From an uncultured Verrucomicrobiota bacterium (lineage in GTDB: Bacteria > Verrucomicrobiota > Kiritimatiellia > Kiritimatiellales > Tichowtungiaceae), in the NCBI GenBank assembly GCA_964476065.1, contig CAYYYX010000003.1, forward strand, positions 1,906 to 65,905: 64,000 nucleotides of DNA. The letters are read 5' to 3'. The translations under genes and the position numbers were made by a program. Within the stretch, counting starts at the first letter, position 1. Each line of letters starts with the position of its first letter. The notes below the pieces were generated by a model that saw only the letters and a list, made by a program, of their open reading frames with translations, had not been told where the DNA came from and searched no databases. Below are positions 35,327-44,742 of the stretch, piece after piece.

Positions 35327-36121
35327 TCATCCTTTTTTGAATGGGAAGAGAATCATCTGGGGCAGGGAGACGTCCCACGCGGGATCGTGGCTGGTTTGAC
35401 CGCCGATGGTCATGCTGAGGTGACCCTTGCGGGGTTGCGCGCGATAGGTGCCGAACAGGCGATCCCACCACGGCAAATTGAAGCCGAAGTTGCTGTTGGT
35501 TTCATCTTTTTCAATTGAATGGTGCACGCGGTGCATGTCGGGCGTGACCAGTAGCCATCGCAAGACGCGGTCGATGTGCAGGGGAAGAAATGCATTGGCG
35601 TGGTTAAAGGTTGCCGTGGCATTGAGTAAAACTTCAAAAATCAGCACACCCACAGGCGGGGCGCCGAGTGCAACGATCACAGAAAACTTGATGAGCATGG
35701 AGATGAGAATTTCGATGGGATGAAAACGGTTCCCCGTAGTGAAATCGAACTCAGGGTCGGTGTGATGCATCCGGTGGAAGCGCCAGAACAGCGGAACGAA
35801 ATGGAACAGGACGTGTTGCAGATAGATCACAAAATCCATCACCAAAATCGTCAGCGGAACAGCGATCCAGAGAGGGACGTCCCAGAGGCTGAACAACCCG
35901 AGTCCGTGATCTTGTGCAAGAACGGCCAGCCCGATGCCGGTAGTCGGAAGAAGTATCCGCACGAGAACGGTATTAAGAAAAACGATTCCTAGATTCGCGG
36001 GCCAGCGTTTCTTGCGGGGAATGATCTGATCTCGTCTCGGGGACTTCGTTTCCCACACCGCCATCGCGGTCACCATCCCCAGAAAAATGACCAGTCGAAT
36101 GAGAGCTTCGGAATTCATCAT
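35327..36121 (-). CDS. Fatty acid hydroxylase/sterol desaturase-family membrane protein
   Basis: 264 aa. His boxes HVLFH, HRMHH, HRVHH. Start ATGATGA overlaps the cusA stop. The ORF-track 5' extension to 36316 overlaps cusA and is rejected. Confidence 0.75.
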   Translation of the reverse strand: MMNSEALIRLVIFLGMVTAMAVWETKSPRRDQIIPRKKRWPANLGIVFLNTVLVRILLPTTGIGLAVLAQDHGLGLFSLWDVPLWIAVPLTILVMDFVIYLQHVLFHFVPLFWRFHRMHHTDPEFDFTTGNRFHPIEILISMLIKFSVIVALGAPPVGVLIFEVLLNATATFNHANAFLPLHIDRVLRWLLVTPDMHRVHHSIEKDETNSNFGFNLPWWDRLFGTYRAQPRKGHLSMTIGGQTSHDPAWDVSLPQMILFPFKKG

Positions 36122-39100
36122 AAGTCCTTCCGAGTTTTTAGTTTCCGTTCTTTGATGGCGGAGTAGAGGACGGGGACGACGAAGATGCTGATGAGGACAA
36201 CGAGCATGCCGCCGAAGCTGGGAATGGCCATCGGCACCATGACATCGCTTCCGCGCCCGGTGGAGGTGAGCACGGGCAGCAGGGCGAGGATGGTGGTGGC
36301 CGAGGTCATCAGGCAAGGGCGTACACGGCGCTCAGCGGCCTCGATGGTGGCCTCGCGGATGGTCTTCATGGTCTCCGGTTTGCGTTCACGGAATATCTGA
36401 TCGAGATAGGTGGACTGGATGACGCCGTTGTCGGAGGCGATGCCGAAGAGGGCGAGGAATCCGACCCAGACCGCGACGCTGAGGTTGATGGTGTGCACCT
36501 GGAAGAGGGTGCGCATCTCCGTCCCGAAGAGGCTGAAGTCGAGGAACCACGGCTGGCCGTAGAGCCAGATCAGGATAAAGCCGCCGCACCATGCCACGAA
36601 GATTCCGGAGAAGATGAGCAGGGTGGTGGAGACAGATTTGAACTGGAAGTAGATGACCATGAAGATGGCGAAGAGCGCCAGCGGAAGAATGAGCGAGAGG
36701 GTTTTAGCCGCCCGGATTTGGTTTTCGTAGCTGCCGGCGAAGGTGTAGCTGACGCCTTTGGGGAGCATCAATTCCCCCTGATCGATCTTTTCCTGCAAAT
36801 AGGCCTGTGCCTGTTCAACCACATCGACTTCGGCGACGCCCGGCTTTTTGTCGAAGACGACGTAGCCGATCAGAGAGGTGTCTTCGCTTTTGATCACCTG
36901 CGGGCCGCGTACGTAGCGGATGGTGGAGAGTTCGGTGATGGGAATTTGCTGTCCGCCGGCTCCGGGCACGAGGATGCGGTTGATGGTTTCGACGCTGTCA
37001 CGCAGTTCGCGGGCGTAGCGGACACGAACCGGATAGCGCTCGCGCCCTTCTACGGTGGTCATGATCTGCCGTCCGCCGATGGCGATTTCAACCACATCCT
37101 GGAATTTGCGGATCGGAATGCCGTAGCGGGCGAGGGCGTTGCGGTCGGGCACGATTTCCAGATAGGGTTTGCCGACAATGCGGTCGGCAATGACGGCGGC
37201 GGGTTCAATGGCGGGAACCTCTTTGAGGAAGCGTTCAATCTGAAGGCCGACCTGTTCGATGGTGTCGAGGTCGGGGCCTTTGATCTTCACACCCATGGGC
37301 GCGCGCATGCCGCTCTGGAGCATGACGATGCGGGCGGCGATGGGCTGGAGCTTGGGCGCGGAGGTGGTGCCGGGCAGCTTGGCGACCTTCACAATTTCCG
37401 CCCAGATATCATCCGGATTTCGGATATGGTCGCGCCACTGGCGGAAGGGGCGTCCGCGCGAGTCGGGAATGAGTTCTCCATTGTCATCCCGTGCGAATTC
37501 CTTTTTGCGCCGGCTGTAGCGGTAGTTGATGCGCCGGCCATTTTTATCGGTTTTGTATTCGGATTTATAATTGACGACGGTCTCGAACATGGAGATCGGG
37601 GCGGGGTCGAGCGGGGTGTCAGCACGTCCGAGTTTTCCGACCGCCGATTCGATTTCGGGGACGGATTCAATGAGCTGATCCTGTGTGGAAAGAATATCAA
37701 CGGCTTCGCCGATGGAGGCATGGGTCATGGTGGTCGGCATCCAGAGGAAGGAGCCTTCGTCGAGGGGCGGCATAAACTCTTTACCGAGCTGCCCCCACGC
37801 GGCAAACCCGAGAACGATCAATGTGAGCGGAAGGGTCAGGAAGAGCCGTTTGTGGTTCAGGCAGGATCGAAGCATCCGGGTGTAGAAATGCTGGAAAACT
37901 TTAAAGAACCCCAGTAGTCCGCCGACCAGCAGGGTGACGAACAGTCCGTTGAGGAAAAGGCCCTTTTCGGGGCCGAGGGGTTCCCATGCGGTGGTCAGAA
38001 ACAGACCGACCAGCAGCACGACCGACCAGCTGGCAAAAAGAGGTTTTATTCGGGGAACCCGGTTGGATTTTAACCATTTCCAGCCTTTGGAAAACTTGGC
38101 TTTTCCGCAGAAGAGCAGATGGGCGGCGGGCGGCAGGACGGAGAGTGCAATCAGGATGGAGGCGACCAGCGCGAAGGTTTTGGTGAAGGCCAGCGGTTTG
38201 AAGAGCTTGCCTTCCGCGCCGATCATGGTGAAGACGGGCAGGAAGCTGATGATGGTGGTCAGCACGGCGGTAAAGACCGCGCTCCCGACTTCGCTCACGG
38301 CGCGATGCACAACGTTGAGGCGCGATTCCTCCTCCGGTGCCTTATCGAGGTGCCGCAGAATATTTTCGCAGACGACGATTCCCATATCCACAATCGTGCC
38401 GATGGCAATGACAATCCCGGACAGCGCCACGATGTTGGCTTGCACGTTGAAGATCTTCATGCCGATGAAGCATAAGAGCACGGCGAGCGGAAGCATGCCG
38501 CTGATGAGAATACTACTGCGCAGGTGCATCACCATAATCAGCACGACGATGATGGTGATGAGAATTTCCTGCATGATGGAGTCGCTGAGCGTCCCGAGGG
38601 TTTCGTAGATGAGGCCGGTGCGATCGTAGAATGGAACAATGGTGACCTGACTGACGGTTCCGTCAGCGAGTGTTTTACGCGGCAGGGACGGTGCAATTTC
38701 GGCGATCTTTTCTTTGACGTGGTTGATGGCTTCGAGCGGGTTGTCGCCATAGCGGGCGACGACTACGCCGCCAGCGGCGGGCGCTCCGCCCTTGTCGAGC
38801 GCGCCGCGCCGGGTCGCGGGGCCCAAGGTGACCTGCGCCACTTGTTTGACAAGGATTGGCACGTTGTCATTCACCTTTATGACGCTGTTTTCGATGTCTT
38901 CAATCCGTTTGATGAAGCCGATGGCGCGGACAAAATATTCGGTGCGGTTGAGTTCAAGCGTTTTGGCGCCGACATCAATATTGGCGGCTTTAACCGCGCG
39001 GAAGACTTCGTCGAGCGATACGCCGTAGGCGCGCATCGCGTCGGGATCGACATCGATCTGATACTCTTTCACATAGCCGCCAATGGAGCCGACCTCGGCG

Positions 39101-39735
39101 ACGCCGTCGGCGGAGAGCAGGCTGTAGCGCACCTGCCAATCCTGCACGGTGCGCAATTCTTCGGGATCCCAGCCGCCGGTCGGGTTGCCGTCGGGGTCGC
39201 GCCCTTCGAGCGTGTACCAGTAGATTTGACCGAGTGCGGTGGCATCCGGGCCGAGCGCGGGCTGTACGCCGGCGGGCAGGGTGTTCGCCGGCAGGCTGTT
39301 GAGTTTTTCAAGGACGCGGGTGCGTGACCAGTAGAACTCCACATCGTCCTTAAAAATGATGTAGATCGAAGAAAATCCAAACAAGGAATAGCTACGAATG
39401 GTTTTGACCCCCGGCACGCCGAGGAGCGAAACCGTCAACGGATAGGTGACCTGATCTTCCACATCCTGCGGCGAGCGCCCCATCCACTGCGTGAAAACAA
39501 TCTGCTGATTTTCGCCAATGTCGGGAATGGCATCGACCGGCACCGGATAGCGCTGAAGCCCGCCAATATTCCACTCGAACGGGGCGACCAGCAGTCCTGC
39601 GAGGATAATGAAGAGCGTAAAGAGACCCACCACCAGCCGGTTCGTCAGGCAGAAACGCATGTAGCGGCCGATCAGCGACCGCTGTTCGGGGGTTTGTATC
39701 TCTTCGATTTCCACGGGGTCTTTTTCGGTGTTCAT
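36118..39735 (-). CDS. cusA: Heavy-metal efflux RND pump, CusA/CzcA family
   Basis: 1205 aa with 12-TM RND architecture. Preceded by adaptor and outer-membrane-factor genes, with a CsoR repressor upstream. Confidence 0.85.
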   Translation of the reverse strand: MNTEKDPVEIEEIQTPEQRSLIGRYMRFCLTNRLVVGLFTLFIILAGLLVAPFEWNIGGLQRYPVPVDAIPDIGENQQIVFTQWMGRSPQDVEDQVTYPLTVSLLGVPGVKTIRSYSLFGFSSIYIIFKDDVEFYWSRTRVLEKLNSLPANTLPAGVQPALGPDATALGQIYWYTLEGRDPDGNPTGGWDPEELRTVQDWQVRYSLLSADGVAEVGSIGGYVKEYQIDVDPDAMRAYGVSLDEVFRAVKAANIDVGAKTLELNRTEYFVRAIGFIKRIEDIENSVIKVNDNVPILVKQVAQVTLGPATRRGALDKGGAPAAGGVVVARYGDNPLEAINHVKEKIAEIAPSLPRKTLADGTVSQVTIVPFYDRTGLIYETLGTLSDSIMQEILITIIVVLIMVMHLRSSILISGMLPLAVLLCFIGMKIFNVQANIVALSGIVIAIGTIVDMGIVVCENILRHLDKAPEEESRLNVVHRAVSEVGSAVFTAVLTTIISFLPVFTMIGAEGKLFKPLAFTKTFALVASILIALSVLPPAAHLLFCGKAKFSKGWKWLKSNRVPRIKPLFASWSVVLLVGLFLTTAWEPLGPEKGLFLNGLFVTLLVGGLLGFFKVFQHFYTRMLRSCLNHKRLFLTLPLTLIVLGFAAWGQLGKEFMPPLDEGSFLWMPTTMTHASIGEAVDILSTQDQLIESVPEIESAVGKLGRADTPLDPAPISMFETVVNYKSEYKTDKNGRRINYRYSRRKKEFARDDNGELIPDSRGRPFRQWRDHIRNPDDIWAEIVKVAKLPGTTSAPKLQPIAARIVMLQSGMRAPMGVKIKGPDLDTIEQVGLQIERFLKEVPAIEPAAVIADRIVGKPYLEIVPDRNALARYGIPIRKFQDVVEIAIGGRQIMTTVEGRERYPVRVRYARELRDSVETINRILVPGAGGQQIPITELSTIRYVRGPQVIKSEDTSLIGYVVFDKKPGVAEVDVVEQAQAYLQEKIDQGELMLPKGVSYTFAGSYENQIRAAKTLSLILPLALFAIFMVIYFQFKSVSTTLLIFSGIFVAWCGGFILIWLYGQPWFLDFSLFGTEMRTLFQVHTINLSVAVWVGFLALFGIASDNGVIQSTYLDQIFRERKPETMKTIREATIEAAERRVRPCLMTSATTILALLPVLTSTGRGSDVMVPMAIPSFGGMLVVLISIFVVPVLYSAIKERKLKTRKDL

Positions 39736-42053
39736 TTTGTTTTTCCCATTTTCTGGATCATTTTGCCGCAGGTGGGCATGGATGCTCCGAGATAGGGATT
39801 GGCGGTCTGGTCGCTGGACTGCAACCAGCCGGCGCTTTCGGAGCCGAAGGCCATCGGGCAGCTGAACTCATAGAGCGTTTCCAAGGGCTGGAAGACTTTT
39901 CCGGTTTGGCTCAGGGCAGAGGAGAGCGCGGAAAAGGCTCTGCGGGCATCGGCGATATCCGCCGCCGTTTCCATCTGTTCCAGTGCCGTGCGGATCGCTT
40001 TTTCCTGCGGCATCCATTGCATGTGTTCGGCCCCTTCCAGAAGGCTCATATCCACGGAGTCCAGAGCGCGGAGCGCACTCGACGGGTCGGGGAGCTGGTC
40101 GTCCGCCAGGGCCTTCTGAATGGAAAGGTATTCAGAGAAGAGCGGTTGAAGCGATTGGCTGAAGGCGGGGTTCGCGGTTTCCATTTTCATGGGTTCAGCA
40201 CGGAGTCCCATTTTTTTCACGAAGGATTCCAGATGAGTGCGGAGCTGCGCGGCGAGCGTTTTTACGGCGATCTCCGAGGCGAGCGTTTTTCCTTCGGCGG
40301 CATCGTTGCCCAGCAGCATGGCGGCTTCGTTCCAGAACGGTTGCGCGGCGGCGGGGAGGGTGGCGGCGTTCACATCCTCAATCGCTTTTTCCAAGGTTTG
40401 GAAAAGTGGGTTTGCTTTCGCGAAGTCGCCGTTGTTCAGTGCCTCAAGCGCGGCCTGTGCGGCGGTTTGCACCGCCTGAAACTGCATCGTTGCCGTCATC
40501 GGGAGGGCGGCCGCCGGGGTGCCCATTTTTTCCATCTCTTCGGGTGTCATCTTTTTCTCGCCGTGATCCATTCCGGCCATGCCTCCGCCTCCGCCGCCCT
40601 CGGGCGTCATCATGCTGGGTTTGGCCTGAATCTGAAGTTCGGCATCCAGCTTAAAGGCTCCTTTGCTGACGACCCGGTCGCCTTCGCTTAATCCGCGCCG
40701 GACGATGTAGTCGTTGCCCGCTTTCGGGCCGAGGATAATTTCGCGGCCTTCATAGGTCGGCTTTTCTTTGCCGGAGAGTTCGACATAGACGATGGCGCGG
40801 GTACCGGTCAGCAAGACCGCCGAGGCAGGGATGACCAGTGGGGCATTCGCGCGTTCTTCCGTGACATAGCCGAGCTCTTCCGCCGGAACGAGCGGCATGC
40901 CGCAGACATCGCACGACCCCGGGCCGTCCTTCACAATTTCCGGATGCATCGGGCTGATCCACTTCCCGGCAAGGTTTGGATTCATTACCTTGCCGCCTTT
41001 GGCGATTTGCGGATGCGCGATGGCGCGAACGAACATCCCCGGTTTGAGTTTCAGTCCCGGGTTTTCCACGTTGACCCGGACGCTGACGGTACGGGTTTTC
41101 GCGTTGAGGATCGGATCGATAAAGGTAATGGTTCCGGAAAAATATTCGCCGGGCCACGCCTCGCTGCTGAAGGTGACTTCGCTACCGTAGCGCAACCAGG
41201 GGAGGTCGGATTCGTAAGCATCAAGTTCGATCCAGACGCGGGAGAGGTCGGCGACGGTATAGATGCGGTCGCCGGTTTTAACGTACATTCCCTCCTGCGC
41301 GTTTTTATGGATCACAATTCCGCCGACCGGTGAATAAAGCGTGACGTGGTCGGTCAGGCTTCCCCGTGTTTCGATGGTTTGAATCTGATCGGACTTCAGT
41401 CCCCATAAACGCAGTTTTTCGCGGGAGGCTTCGACATTGGCGTTGGAGGCCTCGCGGACAATCGACAGGTCGCTGTTTTTGAGTTTTTTGACCGAGTCAA
41501 TGGCTTGCAGCAGTTCCTGTTGGGCACTGAGCAGTTCGGGGCTGTAGATGGAGACCATATGGTCGCCTTTTTTGACCTGTACGCCCGTGTAGTCCACGAA
41601 GAGGTTGTCGAGCCGTCCGGGCATTCTCGCGGTGATATAGGAGACGCGGGTTTCGTCATAATTCACTTTCCCGGTCATGCGGACTTCGGCCTGCACGAAG
41701 CGGCGCTCGGCGGGAGAGGTTTCCAGTTGCATCAGTTTGGCGGAGGTCTCGCTGACGGAGAGTTCTCGCAGGCCGGCCCCTTCTTCGGAATCGTCTATGA
41801 GCGGGATCAGGTTCATGCCGCACAGCGGGCATTTTCCTGGCTTTGGAAGTTTGATTTGCGGGTGCATCGAACAGGTCCAGACTTCCGCCTGCGCTGGCTC
41901 GGCGGCATGTTCCGCATGGGGTTCCGCCGTGCGGTGGCTGACGGTGCAACGGCCCAAAATAAAGAACGCAAGCAGAGCCAATAGAAAATAAATTACCGTC
42001 TTTTTGCGGGTTTTCCAAACATTGGAAATTTTTTCAGTGATGGTGTTGTTCAT
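39732..42053 (-). CDS. cusB: Oversized RND periplasmic adaptor (CusB-like) with two CxMHP...CP-x-CGM metal-binding modules and a DUF3347-like C-terminal domain
   Basis: WTCSMHPQIKLPKPGKCPLCGMNL, WISPMHPEIVKDGPGSCDVCGMPL, HlyD-like barrel/lipoyl core, C-terminal ~270-aa helical region ending FSCPMAFG...CGKM. Start chosen at ATG 42053 (AAAGGA ribosome-binding site); the ORF track allows TTG 42077. Confidence 0.75.
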   Translation of the reverse strand: MNNTITEKISNVWKTRKKTVIYFLLALLAFFILGRCTVSHRTAEPHAEHAAEPAQAEVWTCSMHPQIKLPKPGKCPLCGMNLIPLIDDSEEGAGLRELSVSETSAKLMQLETSPAERRFVQAEVRMTGKVNYDETRVSYITARMPGRLDNLFVDYTGVQVKKGDHMVSIYSPELLSAQQELLQAIDSVKKLKNSDLSIVREASNANVEASREKLRLWGLKSDQIQTIETRGSLTDHVTLYSPVGGIVIHKNAQEGMYVKTGDRIYTVADLSRVWIELDAYESDLPWLRYGSEVTFSSEAWPGEYFSGTITFIDPILNAKTRTVSVRVNVENPGLKLKPGMFVRAIAHPQIAKGGKVMNPNLAGKWISPMHPEIVKDGPGSCDVCGMPLVPAEELGYVTEERANAPLVIPASAVLLTGTRAIVYVELSGKEKPTYEGREIILGPKAGNDYIVRRGLSEGDRVVSKGAFKLDAELQIQAKPSMMTPEGGGGGGMAGMDHGEKKMTPEEMEKMGTPAAALPMTATMQFQAVQTAAQAALEALNNGDFAKANPLFQTLEKAIEDVNAATLPAAAQPFWNEAAMLLGNDAAEGKTLASEIAVKTLAAQLRTHLESFVKKMGLRAEPMKMETANPAFSQSLQPLFSEYLSIQKALADDQLPDPSSALRALDSVDMSLLEGAEHMQWMPQEKAIRTALEQMETAADIADARRAFSALSSALSQTGKVFQPLETLYEFSCPMAFGSESAGWLQSSDQTANPYLGASMPTCGKMIQKMGKTK

Positions 42054-42066
42054 GGTTTTGTCCTTT

Positions 42067-42546
42067 TTAGTGCCCAAGCCATACGGTTAAAGCATGGAGC
42101 GATGCTGAAGTGACGGTTGCGGTCGCCAGTATTGTGTGAATCCTCAGGAAGCGCCGTTTCAGTTTGCGGCGGAAAAGGCCTGCGCCTGCGGTCAGTATAA
42201 TCAGTGAAAATGTAGTGATGCCCAGCGGTTTGGTGAGTCGGTAGAGTTGCAGTCCGCTGCTCTCGTTGTCGTGTGCGTGCTCATCGGTTGCCGCAAACTG
42301 CGGTAGTTTGGCCAGGTACTTCTTCGGTTTTTTTTGGAATGCGGTTTTGCAGAACTCACAGCAAAAGTAGACGCGTTCCCCTTCGTAGTCGGTGTAGAGG
42401 TCCGGGTCAATCGGGTTGCCCTCCATCACCGGACAGAGCGTTTGCTGCGTACTTGCCGCTTCCGCCGCGTGGGGCTCGTGTTCCCCGGCGGCCACGGCCA
42501 TGCCTGCGGTCAACATCCAGAATGCGATGACGATCTGTTTTTTCAT
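42067..42546 (-). CDS. YHS/TRASH-domain protein with C-terminal TM segments
   Basis: Signal peptide, then CPVMEGNPIDPDLYTDYEGERVYFCCEFCKTAFQKKPKKY. Confidence 0.7.
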   Translation of the reverse strand: MKKQIVIAFWMLTAGMAVAAGEHEPHAAEAASTQQTLCPVMEGNPIDPDLYTDYEGERVYFCCEFCKTAFQKKPKKYLAKLPQFAATDEHAHDNESSGLQLYRLTKPLGITTFSLIILTAGAGLFRRKLKRRFLRIHTILATATVTSASLHALTVWLGH

Positions 42547-43787
42547 TGGATTTCTCCGGTCAGTATTTCGATTTCGGCGATTCGTACTTCGCGGTCGCCC
42601 AGTGCCTGATCGGCGGCGAGTTGGAATTCAAGCAGGAGGCGTTCGGCATCGACGAGGGAGATGAAGCTGACGCGTCCGTCCTCGAAGCCCTGTTGAGCCA
42701 CTTTCATGGACTGCTCGGCTTTCGGGACGAGCGTATCGCGGTAGAGGTTGATTTTTCGTTCGGCATCGTGGAAGCGGTAGAGTGTCATTTGCAGGGCGGC
42801 TCCGAGGGTATTTCCGCGGTCAAGCCGTTCGCCTTCCGCCGCCGCGCGCCGGTAGGCCGCTTCCTGTTCCGCCGCTTTTAGTTTTCCGAACCAGATGGGA
42901 AGGTTAACCGAAACCATCGCCATGACAGGGTCTTTCCCGTCGTCGGGAGTCGGCATAAGCGCATCACCGGTTTGGATGGTTTCCAAGCCAAACGTGACAT
43001 CAGGATAGCGGTTTTTGCGGGCCAGTTTCGCGCCAGCGTCTTCTTTGCGGATGAGAGCATCCAGTCGTTTGAGAGCCGGGCTGTCGGCTTGGAGTTTTTG
43101 GGTGATCTCTTCATCGGTAAAGGAGACGGGGCGGGGGGTAAACTCGATGGGGAGTGGCAGAGCGGTTCCGGCAGGACGGTTGAGCGCGGCGTTGAGTTTG
43201 GCGGCGACGGGTTTGCGCAGGGCTTCCAATGTTTGGAAACGGTCTTCAAGTTTACCGAGTTCGACCTGCGCCTGAATCAGTGCACTTTGGGGAGCCGAGC
43301 CCGCCTGATAGCGGGTGCGGGCGACCCGCTCGATATTTTGCATTAAAAGTAGATGCTGGCGGGTCAACTCAATGGAGCGTCCCAGCACATAGGCTTCAAA
43401 GTAAGCGGCCTTGACGCGGTAGAAAAGTTCCAGCTGGGCCTGCTCATAATTTTGCCGGGCGGCCTCTGCCGCTTCGGCGGCGGCATCGCCTTTCAGTTTG
43501 AGTTTTCCAAACCATGGAAACGTCTGGGCAATTCCGAATTTCTGCTGCTGCGGGCCGACGCGGGTTTCGACCTCTTGAATAAAATAGGTATAGCTGAAGC
43601 GCGGATCAGGCAGGGCTTTTACCTGAGGAATCTTTTCCAGTGCCGCTTTCCAGCGGTTGAAAGAGGCCTCCAACCCCGGATTATTCAGCGCCGCCTCCGC
43701 GAGATAGTCGTGCAGTTCATCTGCCAGCAGTGCGCAGGGGATTGCTGCGAAAAGAAAAGCGGAGAGCAAGAGGCTAGTCACTTTCAT
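42543..43787 (-). CDS. cusC: TolC-family outer-membrane efflux factor (CusC-like)
   Basis: 414 aa with signal peptide and two OEP repeats. Overlaps the downstream gene start. Confidence 0.8.
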   Translation of the reverse strand: MKVTSLLLSAFLFAAIPCALLADELHDYLAEAALNNPGLEASFNRWKAALEKIPQVKALPDPRFSYTYFIQEVETRVGPQQQKFGIAQTFPWFGKLKLKGDAAAEAAEAARQNYEQAQLELFYRVKAAYFEAYVLGRSIELTRQHLLLMQNIERVARTRYQAGSAPQSALIQAQVELGKLEDRFQTLEALRKPVAAKLNAALNRPAGTALPLPIEFTPRPVSFTDEEITQKLQADSPALKRLDALIRKEDAGAKLARKNRYPDVTFGLETIQTGDALMPTPDDGKDPVMAMVSVNLPIWFGKLKAAEQEAAYRRAAAEGERLDRGNTLGAALQMTLYRFHDAERKINLYRDTLVPKAEQSMKVAQQGFEDGRVSFISLVDAERLLLEFQLAADQALGDREVRIAEIEILTGEIQ

Positions 43788-43856
43788 AAATGTGCTCCAT
43801 ATTGGGGGTGGTCGGCCCGGGCGATGTGCGCCCGAGCTCTGGTGTAATTCTATGGA

Positions 43857-44147
43857 TCAGTGGTTATGATGTCCATGGTCGGCATCGGATTTTTTACCCT
43901 TGGTTGCGGGCACTTTTTCAAGCTCCACGCCCTCGGCCTTTAGTTTCTTGATGTATTTCTGCGGGTCGGCTTTCACCGCTCCGATGCACCCTGCGCAGCA
44001 AACATAAATGCGAACCCCTTCCGCATCCACATGCAGCTTCGAGTTTACCTTGCCGCCCATCACCGGGCAGGTCGTCTGGGCTTTGCCTTCCGCGAAGGCA
44101 AGGCTGGCTGCAAGGAGCAGCAGGATTGTGATGATACTCTTCTTCAT
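43857..44147 (-). CDS. Small exported YHS/TRASH-domain metal-binding protein with His-rich tail
   Basis: Signal peptide, CPVMGGKVNSKLHVDAEGVRIYVCCAGCIGAVKADPQKY, C-terminus DADHGHHNH. Confidence 0.7.
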   Translation of the reverse strand: MKKSIITILLLLAASLAFAEGKAQTTCPVMGGKVNSKLHVDAEGVRIYVCCAGCIGAVKADPQKYIKKLKAEGVELEKVPATKGKKSDADHGHHNH

Positions 44148-44203
44148 GGTCTTCCTCCTTGGTTATTCCTTTGTCCGGGCGACCCCAAGGGTGCGCCCTC
44201 ATA

Positions 44204-44488
44204 TCAATACTGTTTTTTCATGACGCGCAGAAGTTCGGTCATTTTTTCGTCGGCATCCTTTTTCTTTCCAGACTCGAAGGCATCGCTGACGCAGTGCTGC
44301 ATATGCTTTTCCAGGATCTTCATCTCGACGGAGCGCAGGGCGGAGCGCGCGGCCTGAATCTGAGTGACGATATCGATGCAGTACTTTTCCTCTTCGACCA
44401 TCCGCTTGACGCCTTCCACCTGTCCGGCAATCCGCGACAGACGGTTGAGCGTTTCCTTGTGAGTGGTGGTCTGTTTGTTTTCTTTCAT
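44204..44488 (-). CDS. csoR: CsoR-family copper-sensing transcriptional repressor
   Basis: 94 aa. LNRLSRIAGQVEGVKRMVEEEKYCIDIVTQIQAARSAL...EKHMQHC carries the C-H-C Cu(I) ligand pattern. Start moved to ATG 44488. Confidence 0.85.
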   Translation of the reverse strand: MKENKQTTTHKETLNRLSRIAGQVEGVKRMVEEEKYCIDIVTQIQAARSALRSVEMKILEKHMQHCVSDAFESGKKKDADEKMTELLRVMKKQY

Positions 44489-44499
44489 ATCCGCTTTAT

Positions 44500-44516
44500 A
44501 TACCCATGGGGGGTAT
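44500..44516. promoter_or_regulatory. CsoR-type operator ATACCC-ATGGG-GGGTAT immediately upstream of csoR
   Basis: Read directly. Matches the GC-tract palindrome style of the B. subtilis copZA CsoR operator (TACCC-N5-GGGTA), recalled from memory. Confidence 0.55.
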
Positions 44517-44742
44517 GTTGCAATAGAAAAAGAAACCAAATCAGTCGGGTTTTTCCAAGCATTGGAAAAGAGGTCGGTCTTGCGCCGCGAAGCGCTGAAA
44601 AGCAACACTGTTGCTTCCAAACCTTAGAAAAATCTCATTCTGTTTTTCTAATGGTTGGACTCGAAGCGTAGCAGAGAGGGGCTTTTGTATTTCCAAAAGC
44701 AATGACTGGAAGGAATGGCAACATGAGGCTATATTCCGCGGC

